A model generated the notes under the pieces. That model was not told the origin of the DNA, did not search any database, and saw only the letters and a program-made list of their open reading frames with translations. Below, one piece after another: positions 30,001 to 42,740 of a stretch of DNA of 64,000 nucleotides (positions are counted from its first letter, which is position 1; the number at the start of each line of letters is the position of its first letter). A program made the translations under genes and the position numbers. The stretch is from the human T2T-CHM13v2.0 reference genome, Homo sapiens, in assembly GCF_009914755.1 (NCBI RefSeq), contig NC_060948.1. One strand, written 5' to 3'.

Positions 30001-33000
30001 CCCATTACATTCCACTCCTTTCCACTCAACTCCACTCCATCCAATCCATTCCATTCCATTCCACTCCATTCCATTCCATTCCACTCCATTCCATTCCATT
30101 CCTTTCTTTTGACAGGATCTCCCTCTGTCACCCAGGCTGTTGTACAGTGGAACAATCTCAGCTCACATTTCATTTCACCATTCCATTCCATGCTATTACA
30201 CGGCACTCCACTCCACTCAATTCCACTCAACCCCACTACAATCCATTCCATTCCACTCCATTCCAATCCCTTCCATTCCACTCCTTTCTTTCGACAGTAT
30301 CTCCCTCTGTCACACAGGCTGTAGCATAGTGGCACTATCTTAGCACACATTTCTTTTCACCATTCCATTCCATTCAATTCCGTTCTGTTCCATTCCGTCC
30401 CTTTCTGTTCCACTCTTTTCCACTACACTGGACTCCACTCCTTTGCACTCCACTCCATGCCACTGCACTCCACTCCATGCCACTGCACTCCACTGCATTC
30501 ATTTCCACTGCTTTCCACTCCAATCCACTCCATTACACTCCACTCCATTCCACTCCACTACCCTCCATTCCACTCCATTCCATTCCACTCCACTCTGCTC
30601 CACTTCAGTCCACTCCACTCCTCTCCACTGCATTCCATTCCACTCCACTCCACTCCACTCCATTCCACTCAACTCTATTCCACTCAACTCCACTCCACTC
30701 TACTCCATTGCATTCCACTCCATTCCATTCCATTCTTTCCTTTCCACAGGATCTCACTCTGTCACAAATGCTGGAATGTGGTGGCACAATCTCAGCTCAA
30801 ATTTCTTTTCACTCTTCTATTACATTCCTTTCCATCCCATTCCATTCCACTCTATTTCACTCCATTCCACTCCCCTCCACTCCACTCTACTCCTCTCCAT
30901 TCCATTGCACTCCATTCGATTCCATTCCATCTCACTCAGTTGCATTCCATTCCTTTCTTTCAAAAGGCTATCACTGCGTCACCCAGGCTGGAATGCAGTG
31001 GCACAATCTCAGCTCACATTACATGTCAACTTCCCATTGTATTGTATTCTATTCCATTTTATTCCACTGCATTCCATTCCATTCCATTCCACTCCACTCC
31101 ATTCTACTCCACTCCACTCCAGTACATTCCATTACATCCAATTCCGTTCCACTCCTCTACACTCCACTGCACTCCACTCCACTCCATTCCATTCCATCCC
31201 ATTCCATTCTGCTCCATTCAACTACACTCCACTCCACCCCACTCCACTCCTCTTCATTCCATTCCATTCAGTCCCATTCCATTCCTCTCCATTCCACTCC
31301 ACTCCACTTCACCCCACTCCACTCCTCTCCAGTCCATTCCATTCCATTCCATTCCACAGCATTCCATTCCATTCCTTTCTTTTGAGTTTCTAACTCTGTC
31401 AACCATCCTGGAGCACTGTTGCACAATCTCAGCTCACATTTCATTTCACCATTCCATTCCATTCCATTCCATTCCATTCCATTCCATTCCATTCCATTCC
31501 ATTCCGTTCCGTTCCGTTCCACTCTGTTCCAATCCACTCCCCTCCACTCCACTACATTCCATTACACACGATTCCATTCCACTCCATTCCACTCCTTTTC
31601 ACTCCACTGCACTCCACTCCACTCCATTCCCTTCGATCCCATTCAATTCCACTCCATTCCACTGCACTCCCTTCCACCCCACTCCACTCCACTTCAATCC
31701 AATCCATTTCAACCCATTCCATTCCTCTCCATTTCACTCCACTTCACTTCATGAATTCCACTGCACTTATGTACACTCCATTCCATTCCATTCCACTGCA
31801 TTCCATTCTATTCCTTTTCCTCGATTTTATCTCACTCTGTCACCCAGACTGGAGTGCAGTGGCACAATCTCACGTCCCATTTCATTTCACAATTCCATTC
31901 CATTGCATTGCATTCCATTCCATTCCATTTTACTCCAATACACTCCAATCCACTCCACTCCACTCCATTCCACTGCATTCCAGTCCACTCCATTTCTTTC
32001 CATTCCATCTCATTCCAATCCAATCCTTTCCACTCCACTCCACTCCATTCCACTCCATTCCATTCGATTACACTCCATTCCATTCCATTCTTTTGACAGG
32101 ATCTCACTCTGTCACCCAGGCTGGTGTGCAGTGGCAGAATCTCTGCTCACATTTCTTTTCACTATTCCATTCCATTCCACTCCATTCCATTCCACGGCAC
32201 TTCAGTCCACTATAATCAATTTTTCTCCACTCCACTCCAGTCCAAACCATTCCATTCCATTTCAATCCATTCCAATCCATTCCGCTCCACTCCGCCCCAC
32301 TCCACTCCACTCCACTCCATTCAACTAAGCTCCTCTCCACTTCCACAGCACAATCTCCAATCTCAGCTCTCATTTCATTTCACTATTCCATTCCATTCCA
32401 TTCCATGGCATTTCACTCCACTATAATCAGTTTTACTCCACTCCACTCCAAAACATTCCATTCCAATCCATTCCATTCCACTCCACTCCACTCCATTCAA
32501 CTATGCTCCTCTCCATTCCACGGCACTTCACTCCACTATAATCAATTTTACTCCACTCCACTCCAAACCATTCCACTCCACTCCACTCCACTTCATTCGT
32601 CTCCACTCCACTCCACTCCATTTCACTCTATTCCCCTCCACTCCACTGCTCTCCACTCCATTCCATTCCTTTCTTTCCACAGTATCCCATTCTATCAAAA
32701 AGGCTGGAGTTCAGTGGTACAATCTCAGCTCACATTTATTTTCACCATTCAATTTCTTTCCATTCCATCCCATTCCATTCCACTCTATTTCACTCCACTC
32801 CACTAAACTCCATTCCATTCCTCTCCATCCCTTTCCATTCGACTCCACTCCACTCCATTCCACTCAATTCCATTACCTTCAATTCGAATTCACACCATTG
32901 CATTCCATTGCTTTCTTTCGACGGGATATCACGGTGTCACCCAGGCTTGTGTGCAGTGGTACAATCTCAGCTCACAATACATGTCAGCTTTCCATTGTAT

Positions 33001-36000
33001 TGCATTCTATTCCATTGCATTCCATTCCATTCCATTCCATTCCATTCCATTCCATTCCATTCCATTCCATTCCTGTGCATTCCATTCCTGTGCATTCCAT
33101 TCCATTCCTTCTCATTCAGTTCCATTCCTTTCCACTCTGTTCCACTCCACTCCACTCCACTACATTCCATTACATGCAATTTCATTCCACTCCATTCCAC
33201 TCCTCTCCACTCCAAAGCACTCCACTCCACTCTATTCCACTACATCCATTCCATTCCACTCCATTCCACTGCAATCTACTCCACCCCACTCCACTCCACT
33301 TCATTCCATTTCATCCCCTTCCATTGAATTCCCTTTCGTTCCACTGCTTTCTTTCGACAGGATCTCTCTGTCACACAGGCTGTAGCATAGTGCCACGATC
33401 TCAACACACATTTCTTTTCACCATTCCATTCCATTCCATTCCATGCCATTCCATTAAATTCCACTCCACTACACTCAACTCCACTACACTCCACTCCACT
33501 CCTCTCCACTCAATACCTTTCCCCTCCATTCAACTCTACTCATTCCACTCCAATCCACTCCATTCCATTCCACTCCACTCCATGCCACTCCACTCCACTC
33601 AACTACACTCCATTGCATTCCACTCCACTCAACTCCATTCCACTCCACTCAACTCCATTTCACTGCACTCCATTGCTATCCACTCCACTCCACTCCAATC
33701 TACTCCATTCCATTCCACTCTGCTCCATTCCACTCCATTCCAATCCATTCCACTCCACTCCATTCCAATCCATTCCATTCCATTCCACTCCACTCCATTC
33801 CACTCCATTCCATTCTGCTCCACTCACCTCCACTAAACTCCTCTCCATTCCATTCCACTCGATTCCATTCCATTCCTTTCTTTCCAGAGGATCTCTCTCT
33901 GTCACAATGGCTCGAGTGCAGTGGCACAATCTCAGCTCACATTTATTTTCACCATTCCATTGCATTCCATTCCATCCCATTCCATTACACTCCACTCCAC
34001 TCCATTCCATTCCATTCTATTACATTCCATTTCACTACATTGAATTTCTTTTCTTTCTTTCAACGTGATATAACTGTGTCACCCAGGCTGCTGTGCGGTG
34101 GCACAATCTCCACTCACATTACATGTCAACTTTCCATTACATTGCATTCTTTCCATTGCATTCCATTGCATTCCTTTCCATTCCATTCCACTCTGTTCCA
34201 CTCCACTCAACTCCACTCCACTGCTTTCCATTATATATGATTGCATTACACTCTACTCCACTCCTCTCTACTCCACTGCACTTCACTCCAATCCATTAAT
34301 TCCAACCCAATCCCTTCCTCTGCAGTCTCCTCACTCCACTCCACTTAATTCCTTTCCATTCCATCCTATTCCATTCTGCTCAATTCCACTCCACTCCACA
34401 TCACTCCACTCCACTCCATTCCAATCCACTCCATTCCATCCAACTACATTCCAATCCATTCCTTTCTTTCGAGAGTATCTCACTCTGTCACACAGCCTGG
34501 AGCGCAATGGCACAATCTCAGCTCACATTTCATTTCACCATTCCATTCTATTCAAATCGATTTCATTCCATTCCATTCCGCTCCACTCCACTCCACTCCA
34601 TTCCAATCCATTCCATTCAACTCCACTCCATTCCATTCCAGTCCACTCCTCTCCTTTCTATTCCATCCCATTCCATTCCACTCCTTTCCACTCCACTCCA
34701 CTCCAGTCCATTGCATTCCATTCCACTCCATTCCATTCCATGACTTTCTTTTGACAGGATCTCACTCTGTAACCCAGGCTGGTGTGCAGTGGCACAATCT
34801 CAGCTCACATTTCATTTCACCATTCCATTGCACTTCATTCCATACCACTGAAATCCACTGCAATCCGCCAATTTCACTCCACTCCACTCCAATCCATTCC
34901 ATTCCATTATACTCTAATCCCTTCTATTACATTCCCCTCTTTTGACAGGGTCTCCCTCTGTCACACAGGCTGTAGCGTATTCGCCAAATCTCAGTAAATA
35001 TTTCTTTTCAGCATTGCATTCCAGTCTTTTCTTTTGCATTCTGTTCCATTCCATTCCATTCCGTTCCACAACACTTCACTGCACTCCACTCCTTTCCTTT
35101 CCACTCCACGCCATCCCACTGAACTCCACTCCACTCCACTTCACTCCACTCCATTCCATTCCAATCCATTCCAATCCACTCCACACCACTTCATTCCACT
35201 CCACTCAACTCCACTCAATTCCACTCCACTGCATTCTGCTCCATTCCACTCCACTCCATTCCACTCCACTCCAGTCTACTTCATTCCACTCCACTCCACT
35301 CCATTCCACTCCGTTCCACTCCATTCCATTCCATTTCTTTCTTTTTGTAGGATCTCACTCTGTCGCAAAGCCTGCAGTGTAGTTGCACAAATTCAGCTCA
35401 TATTTCTTTTGACCATTCCATTGCATTCCATTCCATCCCATTCCATTACACTCTATTTCACTCTACTCGACTCCACTCCACTCCACTCCATTCCATTCCA
35501 CTCCATCCCATTCCTTTAGACTCCATTCCACTCCACTCCATTCCACTCTTCTCCAGTACACTCCAATCCCCTCTATTAAATTCCATTTCAGTCCATTTCA
35601 ATCCATTGATTCCATTCCTTTCTTTTGACAAGATATCACTGTGTCACCCAGGCTGGAGTGCAGTGGCACAATCTCAGCTCACATTACATGTCAACTTTCC
35701 ATTGCATTGCATTCTATTCAATTGCATTCCATGGCATTCCATTCGATTCCATTCCATTCTGTTTCATTCCTTTCTGTTCCATTCCATTCTGTTCCATTCC
35801 ATTCCATTAGATTCCACTCCATTCCACTCCATCCCACTCCACTCCACTTCATTCCATTCCATTCCAACCAATTCCATTCTTCTTCATTCCACTCCACTCC
35901 ACTCCATTCCACTATATTCCTTTCCACTCCACTCCATTCCACTCCACTCCTTTCCACTCCACTACACTCCACTCCATTCCACTCCATTCCACTCCACTCT

Positions 36001-39000
36001 TCTCCATTCCACTCCACTCCATTCACCTCCACTCCACTCCATTCCACTCCACTCAAATCCACTCCTCTCCACTCCACTCCACTTCACTCCACTCCACTCC
36101 ATTCCACTCCACTTCTCTCCATTCCACTCCAATCCACTCCACTCCACCCCACTCCATTCCATTCCATTCCACTCCATTCCATTCCTTTCTTTCCACAGGA
36201 TCTCACTCTGTGACAAAGGCTGGAGTGCAGTGGCACTATTTCAGCTCACTTTTATTTTTGCCATTGTATTGCATTCCACTGCATCCCATTCCATTCCATT
36301 CTATTTCACTCCACTCCACTCCCCTCCACTCCACTCCACTCCACACCCTTCCATTCCAACGCATAACATTCCATTCGACTCCATTTCACTCTACTCCACT
36401 CCGCTCCTATCATCTCCACTCCATTCCACTCTATTGCTTTCCATTCCATTCCATTTTATTTCACTCCACTGCATTCCATTCGTTTCTTTTGACAGGATAT
36501 CAGTGTGTCACCCAGTCTGGAGAGCAGTGGCACAATCTCAGCTCACATTACATGTCAACTTTCCTTTTTATTGCATTCTATTCAATTACATTCCATTGCG
36601 TTCCATGCCATTCAATTTTTATTCCATTCCATTAAATTCCATTCCATTCCACTCCGTTCCACACTACTCCACTACATTACATTACATCCGATTCCATTCC
36701 ACTCCATTCCACACCTATCCACTCCACTGCACTCCACGCCAATCCATTCGGCTCTATCCCATTCCATTCCGCTACATTCCACTGCACTCCACTCCACCCA
36801 ACTACATTCAACTTCATTCCATTCAATTCCATCCAATTCCAGTCTTCTCCATTACACTCCACCTCATTCCACACCTCTCCATTCCACTCCACTCGTTTCT
36901 ACTACACTCCATTCCAGTCCACACCATTCCACTCCACTCCACTCCACTCCATTCCACTCCACTCCACTACAATCTACTCCATTCCACTCCCCTCCATTCC
37001 ACTCCACTCCACTAAATTCCCCATTCCACTCCACTCCACTAAATTCCACCCTACTCCATGCCACTCCATTCCACTCCACTCCACTCCCTTCCACTCCACT
37101 CCACTCAATTGCACTCCACTACACTCCATTCCACTCTACTCCACTCCACTCCTCTCCATTACACTCCACTCCACTCCAATCCACTCCATTCCATTCCATT
37201 CCTTTCTTTCCACAGGATCTCCCTCTGTCACAAAGTCTGGAGTGCAAAGGCACAATCTGAGATCACATTTCTTTTCACTATTCTATTGCTTTCCATTCCA
37301 TCCCATTCCATTCCAGTCTATTTCACTCCACTCCACTGCACTTCACTCCATTCCATTCCACTCCATCACATTCCATTCTACTCCATTCAACTCCACTCCA
37401 CTCCACTCCATTCCACAACACTCCACTCTACTCCATTGCATTCCATTTCACTCCATTGCATTCCATTCCTTTCTTTCGACAGTATATCTCTGTGTCACCC
37501 AGGCTGCTGTGCAGTGGCACAATTCCAGCTCATATTACATGTCAACTTTCCATTACATTGCATTCTATTCCATTGCATTCGATTGCTTTCCTTTCCATTC
37601 CATTCCATTCCATTCCATTCCATTCCATTCCATTCCACTCCGTTCCACTGCACTCCACTCCACTAGATTTAATTACATCTGTCTCCATTCCACTGCATTC
37701 CACTCCTGTCTACTCCACCGCATTCCACTCCACTCCATTCCACTCCATCCCATTCCATTACGCTCCAATCCACTGCACTCCACCCTACCCCACTCCACTC
37801 CACTTCATTCCATTCCATTCCATCCCATTTCATTCCTCTCCATTCCAATCCACTCCACTCCACTCCACTCCTCTCGAGTCCATGCCATTCCATTCCATTC
37901 CACAGCATTCCCTTCCATTCCACAGCATTCCCTTCCATTCCTTTTTTTAGAGTATCTCACTCTGTCACCCAGCCTGAAGCGCAGTGGCATAATCTCAGCT
38001 CACATTTCATTTCACCATTCCATTCCATTCCATTCCTTTCTATTTCACTCCACTATACTCCACTCTTGTCCTCTCCAATTGATACCACTCCACTCCATTC
38101 CAGTCCACTCCACTCCTTTCCATTCCATCCCATTCCATTCCAATCCACTCCACTCAACTCCACTCCATTCCATTCCATTCCACTTCATTCCATTCCATTC
38201 CTTTCTTTTGACAGGATCTCACTCTTTTACCCAGAATGGTGTGCAGTGACTCAATCTCAGCTCACATTTCTTTTCACCATTCCATTCCACTCCATTGCAT
38301 TCCATTCCATTCCATTCCACTGCACTCCACTCCACACCACTCAATTCCACTCCACTCTACTCCAGTCCATTTCTTTCCATTACATTCCAATCCCTTCTAT
38401 TCCACTCATTTCTTTCGACAGGATCTCCCTCTGTCACACGGGCTGTAGCTTAGTGGTACAAACTCAGCACACATTCCTTTTCAACATTCTATTTCATTCC
38501 TTTCCATTCCTTTCCATTCCATTCCATTCCATTCCACTCCACTACACTACACGCCATTCCATTCCACTCCATTCCACTGCACTCCACTCAAGTCCGCTCC
38601 ACTCCACTCCAATCCATTTCATTCCAATCTATTCCATTCTACTCCACTCCACTCCACACCAATCCACTCCTCTCCACTCCATTCCATTCCATTCCACACC
38701 ATTCCACTGCCCTCCACTTCACCCCACTCCAGTACATTCCACTGCCTTCCATTCCACTCCACTCCAGTTCACTCCACTCCACTCCACTCCACTGCATTCC
38801 ACTTCACTCCACTCCACTCCATTCCCCTCCACTCCATTCCACTCCACTCCACTGAACTCCATTTCATTCTATTCCAATCCCTTTCATTCCATTTCTTTCT
38901 TTCCACCGAATCTCTCTCTGTCACGAAGTCTGTAGTGCAGTAGCTCAATCTCAGCTCACATTTATTTACACCATTCCATTGCATTCCATTCCATCCCATT

Positions 39001-39833
39001 CCATTCCACTCTTTTTCACTCCACTCCACTCCACTCTACTCAATCCCATTTCACTCAATCCCATTCCATTCGACTCCATTCCACTCCACTCAACTCCACT
39101 CCTATCCACTCCTTTCCATTCCATTCTATTCCATTACATTGCATTCCATTGCATTCCATTCCTTTCTTTCAACAGGGTGTCACTGTGTCATCCAGGTTGG
39201 AGTGCAGTGGCACAATCTCAGCTCACATTACATGTCAACTTTCCATTTCATTACATTCTATTCAACTGCGTTCCTTTGCATTCCATTCCATTCCATTCTG
39301 TTCCATTCCGTTTCAGTCGATTCCATTCCATTCCACTCCGTTCCCCTCCACTCCACTAAGCTCAACTACATTCCATTACATCTGATTCCGTTACACTCCA
39401 TTCCACTCCTCTCCACTCCACTCCATTCCACTGCATCCCATTACATTCGGCTCCATTCCACTGCACTCTACTCCACCCCAATCCACTCCACTTAAATCCA
39501 TTCCATTCCATCCCATTCCATTCCTCTCCATTCCACTCCAATCCACTTCACTCCACTCCACTCCACTCCACTCCAGTCCAACTTCATTTCATTGTGTTCC
39601 ATTCCATTCCATTCCACTCCATTCCATTCCATTCTTTCTTTCGAGAGTATCTCACTCTGTTACCAAGCCTAGAGCACAGTGGCACAATCTCAGCTCACAT
39701 TTCGTTTCACCATTCCATTCCATTCCATTCCATTCCCCTCCATTCCACTCCACTCCACTCCACCACATTCAATTACATCCGATTCCATTCCACTCCATTC
39801 CACTGCTGTCCATTCCACTGCATTCCACTCCAC
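1..39833. repeat. Diverged satellite III-like (CATTC/CACTC)n array with embedded Alu fragments (composite satellite)
   Basis: Continuous pentamer periodicity (CATTC, CACTC, CATTG, CAATC variants); + strand almost devoid of G; pure (CATTC)n runs, e.g. ~1167-1225 and ~12700-12765; array continues beyond the left window edge. Confidence 0.96.
51..39712 (-). repeat. About 110 interspersed copies of a ~60-70 bp Alu right-arm 3'-end fragment, all in the same orientation
   Basis: Recurring TTCTTT(C/T)GACAGGATCTCACTCTGTCACCCAGGCTGGAGTGCAGTGGCACAATCTCAGCTCAC matches the antisense Alu 3' end and stops at CAGCTCAC. Examples at ~1051, 1971, 2231, 2420, 2595, 2891 through ~39638. Counted by eye; mean spacing ~350 bp. 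Confidence 0.92.
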
Positions 39834-40246
<413 letters not shown>

Positions 40247-40970
40247 TGTGAGGAATACGATGCAATTTAAAAATTTCTTCTTTGTGCCTGACTCCTGGCA
40301 GATTTCCTAAAACTCTTGGAATGTCCTCAGTGATAAGAGTATCTCTGGAACACTAATGAGATTACTCTCAACTCCCAGGTAGCTTCCAGGATGGGGGCTG
40401 GTGGCCAGAAGGATCAGACTATGGCTCGAGGGTCAGGACTCCCAGTCGCCCTGCTGACTGGCAGGATGGAGTCCATTCACCGTGGTCAGTGACTTCATCC
40501 TATGTAATGCCTATGTAATGAAACTTCCATAAAAATCCCTCAACAATGGGGCCTGGGGGCTTCTGAGCCAGCAAACACATCCACGTGCTGGGAGGGTGGT
40601 GCATCCCCAACTCCACAAGGTTGGAAGGTCCTGCACATTGGGCCCTCCTGATGTCGCCTAGTGCACCTCTTCATCAGCTGTGTGTTTGCACACTTTGTAA
40701 TAAGCCAGGGGTAGTAGTTAAAATGCCTTCTTAGGTTCTCTGAGCTGCTCCAGCAAGTGGCGGAACCCGAAAAGTGGGTGTTGGGAACCCCTAATTCACA
40801 GCCAAATTGGACACAAATGTGGGTGGCCTGGGTACTTGACGTTTATGGAGGGCAGTCTTGTGGGACTCAGCCCTTAAACTTGTAGTTAGTGTCAGAATTG
40901 AAATAATTCTTGACATCCAGCTGGTGTCTGAAGAGGTGGAGAAGGAAAATACACCACCCATTAGGCGCTG
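40247..40970 (+). mobile_element. MER21-family LTR
   Basis: Starts TGTGAGGAATA; contains GGATGGGGGCTGGTGGCCAGAA, ATGCCTATGTAATGAAAC, CACATCCACGTGCTGGGAGGGTGGTGCA and GTTAGTGTCAGAATTGAA motifs typical of MER21. Ends and strand are approximate. Confidence 0.72.
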
Positions 40971-41179
40971 GGAGGGAAAAATTTAAAACCCCTCAGAGAA
41001 GCTTGGGGAGTCCCGTTCTCCATGCCCAGGGCCCACGGTCCTGGCTATGAAAGCCTGAATCAGACCCATGGTTTATTATTCACAGCAAGATTTCTCTCCA
41101 GGGATTCTTTAATCTGTAGTGAAAAAAATGTATAAATGTTGTAAAACAGTGAGATTCATGGCAAAATCAGAAGCAACAT

Positions 41180-41565
41180 TTTATTAGTCTATTTTCACAC
41201 TGCTATAAAGAAATACCTGAGACTGGGTAATTTATAAAGGAAAGAGGTTTAATTGACTCACAGTTCCATATGGCTGCGGAGGCCTCAGGAACATTACAGT
41301 CATGGTGGAAGGCGAAGGGAAAGCAAGCACCTTCTTCATAAGGCAGCAGGAGAGAGAAGAGCAAAGAAGGAACTTCCAGACACTTATAATAAAACCATCG
41401 GATCTCGTTAGAACTCACTTACTATCATGAGAACAGCATGGGAAACCGCTATGGTCTAATCATCTCCCTCCCTCAATACATGGGGATTACAGGTCCCTCC
41501 TTCAACATATGGGGATTACAATTAGAGGTGAGATTTCAGTGGGGACACAGAGCCAAACCATATCA
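41180..41565 (-). mobile_element. THE1/MSTA-type MaLR solo LTR
   Basis: TATTAGTC...CTGCTATAAAGAAATACCTGAGACTGGGTAATTTATAAAGGAAAGAGGTTTAATTGACTCACAG...GGGGACACAGAGCCAAACCATATCA; 5-bp flanks AACAT/AACCT fit a target-site duplication (TSD). Confidence 0.9.
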
Positions 41566-41716
41566 AACCTTAAGACCCCAGATTGATTTTTAAATGTGGG
41601 GATAATTTCCCAATGCAAATGGAATTGTTCTCGCCCCACCACCATGTCTCCCCCACCCACCACGGCATCCAGGCTGTGACACAACTACAGTCCATGCACC
41701 GTGGGCAGAAATATAC

Positions 41717-41920
41717 CTCCAGGGAATGAAGGCCCTCACCCACAAGCTGCGTGTACTCATGCAGGAGCCGCTCCTCATCCAGGAACTTGCCATCGCGCCC
41801 GTTGCTGGCTGGCTGGAACAGGCCATAGATCAGGACATCTTTCAAACTCTGGGTTAACGTACACAGGATACGCTGCTTTGCAAGCCACACCATGGCGTCC
41901 AGGTTAAATCGAATGCATTT
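41717..41920 (-). pseudogene. SHANK2: SHANK2-derived exon (N-terminal SPN/ubiquitin-like domain), diverged duplicate, probably an unprocessed partial pseudogene
   Basis: 204 bp, 68 codons, phase 0/0: KCIRFNLDAMVWLAKQRILCTLTQSLKDVLIYGLFQPASNGRDGKFLDEERLLHEYTQLVGEGLHSLE, against recalled SHANK2 KCIRFNPDATVWVAKQRILCTLTQSLKDVLNYGLFQPASNGRDGKFLDEERLLREYPQPVGEGVPSLE. Acceptor CTGTCTTTGTCCTTCCTGGCAG| and donor GAG|GTATAT are both present. No other SHANK exon was seen in the window. Confidence 0.88.
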
Positions 41921-42187
41921 CTGCCAGGAAGGACAAAGACAGCTGACGAGTGAGAGAGGATGCTACCTGAGTCACCCACATGGGGCACGTGGCCAGAGAG
42001 GCAAAGCTGCTTCCACCCCTTCCTGAAACTTCCTCTGAGCAGTGAACCCACGGCTTTTCACGATGAAAAATAAAGCCTACTGGTTGCTGGGACACAGACA
42101 TTCGGTAAATATAAAAGGGAAAAAGGAAAGACCGAGGGATTGGTCTCTTTGGCCTTGATCTCACCATGGACTCAAATCTCCAGCACT

Positions 42188-42490
42188 GTCTCAGTGCGGC
42201 AGCTCATGCCTGTTATCCCAGCACTTTGGGAGGCCAAGGCAAGCAGATCACGACGTCAGGAGATCGAGACCATCCTAGCCAACATGGCAAAACCCCATCT
42301 CTGCTAAAAATACAAAAATTTGCTGGGCATGGTGGCGCGTGTCTGTAATCCCAGCTACTCTGGATGCTGAGGCAGGAGAATCGCTTGAACCAGGGAATTA
42401 CAGGTTGCATGAGCCGAGATTGCACCACTGCACTCCAGTCTGGTGACAAGGTGAGACTCCGTCTCAAAAAAAAAAAAAAAAAAAACAAAA
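42188..42490 (+). mobile_element. Alu SINE (AluSc-like)
   Basis: Dimeric Alu with poly-A at ~42466-42485; GATCACGACGTCAGGAGATCGAGACCATCC and CTGGTGACA pattern. Confidence 0.92.
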
Positions 42491-42559
42491 CTCAAGCCCT
42501 CACAGTGTCTTTTTGGTCATCAATGACCACCTGTCACCTCAGGGCCCTCTCTCACTTGC

Positions 42560-42740
42560 ATGGCACTTCTCAAACTCCAGCAGTTTGAAAAAAACAGGTC
42601 ACAGACCCCACTTATGTCTCCCTAACAGAATGTCTGATTCAGCAGGTCTGGGTGGGACCTGAGAAACTACATCTCAGACAAATCCCAAGGTGCTACTGCT
42701 GCTGCCGTCCTGGAGAACACACATTCAGAACCACAGCCCA
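42560..42740. mobile_element. MER5A-like hAT DNA transposon relic
   Basis: CTTCTCAAACT...TCTGATTCAGCAGGTCTGGGTGGGACCTGAGAA...GGTGCTACTGCTGCTG...CAGAACCACAG. Confidence 0.7.

Noticed and set aside
51-39712. CRISPR-like pattern of a conserved repeat with variable spacers
   Set aside because: The repeat is a 60-70 bp Alu piece, the spacers are 50-850 bp of satellite rather than unique ~30-40 bp sequence, there are no cas genes, and the DNA is primate.
41717-41920. Calling this the functional SHANK2 gene
   Set aside because: There are too many substitutions in a conserved domain, and downstream exons are replaced by at least 40 kb of satellite.
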